From contig JBGPLW010000001.1 in the NCBI GenBank assembly GCA_041486645.1, positions 1-41,751 of the forward strand: a stretch of 41,751 nt of DNA. Reading direction: 5' to 3'. The position numbers and the translations under genes are program-made. This DNA is from Gaiellaceae bacterium. Lineage in GTDB: Bacteria; Actinomycetota; Thermoleophilia; Gaiellales; Gaiellaceae. A model generated the notes under the pieces. That model had not been told where the DNA came from, did no database searches, and saw nothing but the letters and a program-made list of their open reading frames with translations. This document shows positions 41,287 through 41,751 of this stretch, in pieces. How positions within the stretch are numbered: position 1 is the first letter of the stretch; each line of letters starts with the position of its first letter.

Positions 41287-41751
41287 ATGTCGGAGATCGG
41301 TCTTTTCCCGCTCGGCATCGTCCTGCTCCCGACCGAGCGCGTGCCGCTCCACATCTTCGAGCCGCGCTACCAGGAGCTGATCGGCGAGTGCCTCGACGCC
41401 GACGACGAGTTCGGGCTCGTGTACGCCGACGAGGACGGCGTACGGGAGATCGGCACCCGCGCACGCATCACGGAGGTGCTCGAGCGCTTCGACGACGGCC
41501 GGCTGACGATTCTCGTCGAGGGCGGCCTGCGCTTCAGGGTCGAGGCCCTCACGCGCGGCCGCTCCTTCATGACGGCGGAGATCGACGAGGTGGACGACGA
41601 GGCGGGCACGGTCGATCCGGAGACCGCGCTCCGCGCCGCCGGCGCGTTCCGCGCGCTCGCCGCGCTCGCCGGTGCCGAGACCGAGGATCCGGACGAGGCG
41701 TCGCCGCAGCTCTCGTTCGAGCTCGCCGCGCAGGTCGAGCTGCCGCCGGAG
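41287..41751 (+). CDS. LON N-terminal substrate-binding-domain protein, 3'-truncated by the window edge
   Basis: The ATG at 41287 gives MSEIGLFPLGIVLLPTERVPLHIFEPRYQELI. The frame stays open to the end of the window. It is not in the track because it has no stop. Confidence 0.75.
   Translation, partial: MSEIGLFPLGIVLLPTERVPLHIFEPRYQELIGECLDADDEFGLVYADEDGVREIGTRARITEVLERFDDGRLTILVEGGLRFRVEALTRGRSFMTAEIDEVDDEAGTVDPETALRAAGAFRALAALAGAETEDPDEASPQLSFELAAQVELPPE

Overview
This is a very GC-rich, strongly GC3-biased chromosomal segment. It looks Actinomycetota-like, possibly Thermoleophilia/Conexibacter-like, but that is inference only. It is densely packed with about 45 protein genes and three tRNA genes: Lys-UUU, Val-UAC and Glu-UUC, all on the minus strand. 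I saw no rRNA, CRISPR array, integrase or transposase. Many long ORFs in the track are antisense or shadow ORFs typical of high-GC DNA and were rejected.

Gene content, left to right:
- The distal part of a Tad/Flp pilus operon: a CpaF tail, an unusual VWA-TadB fusion, TadC and a translationally coupled 520-aa Ala/Glu/Arg coiled-coil protein. A CbxX/SpoVK-type AAA+ ATPase follows.
- An EamA transporter and two hypothetical genes.
- An accessory-looking cluster at 7996-13945, described below.
- An MmyB-like regulator, an ECF sigma factor with a convergent anti-sigma factor, a secreted RTX-like Ca-binding protein with a 280-aa internal duplication, and an orphan CHASE3 histidine kinase.
- A giant DUF2339-type membrane protein.
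- A lamin-tail-domain surface protein paired with a chaperone-like protein.
- An atypical FtsH-like protease with small membrane ORFs, followed by an M48 peptidase and a CDF transporter.
- Housekeeping genes: SDR, formyltransferase-like, MFS, MBL hydrolase, ppa, a metB-like gene, YcaQ, a methyltransferase, Grx-BolA and a Lon-N domain protein.

The best candidate for an undescribed system is 7996-13945. A 758-aa DUF3376-type patatin phospholipase is co-transcribed with a signal-less amidase_2/PG-binding cell-wall hydrolase. This pair is bracketed by two paralogous uncharacterised multi-TM proteins that share the motif VSFLAGFSERWA. One paralog is ATGA-coupled to a further 4-TM protein, and there is a perfect palindrome in the divergent promoter region.

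All functional calls rest on motifs read by eye. No database searches were run.
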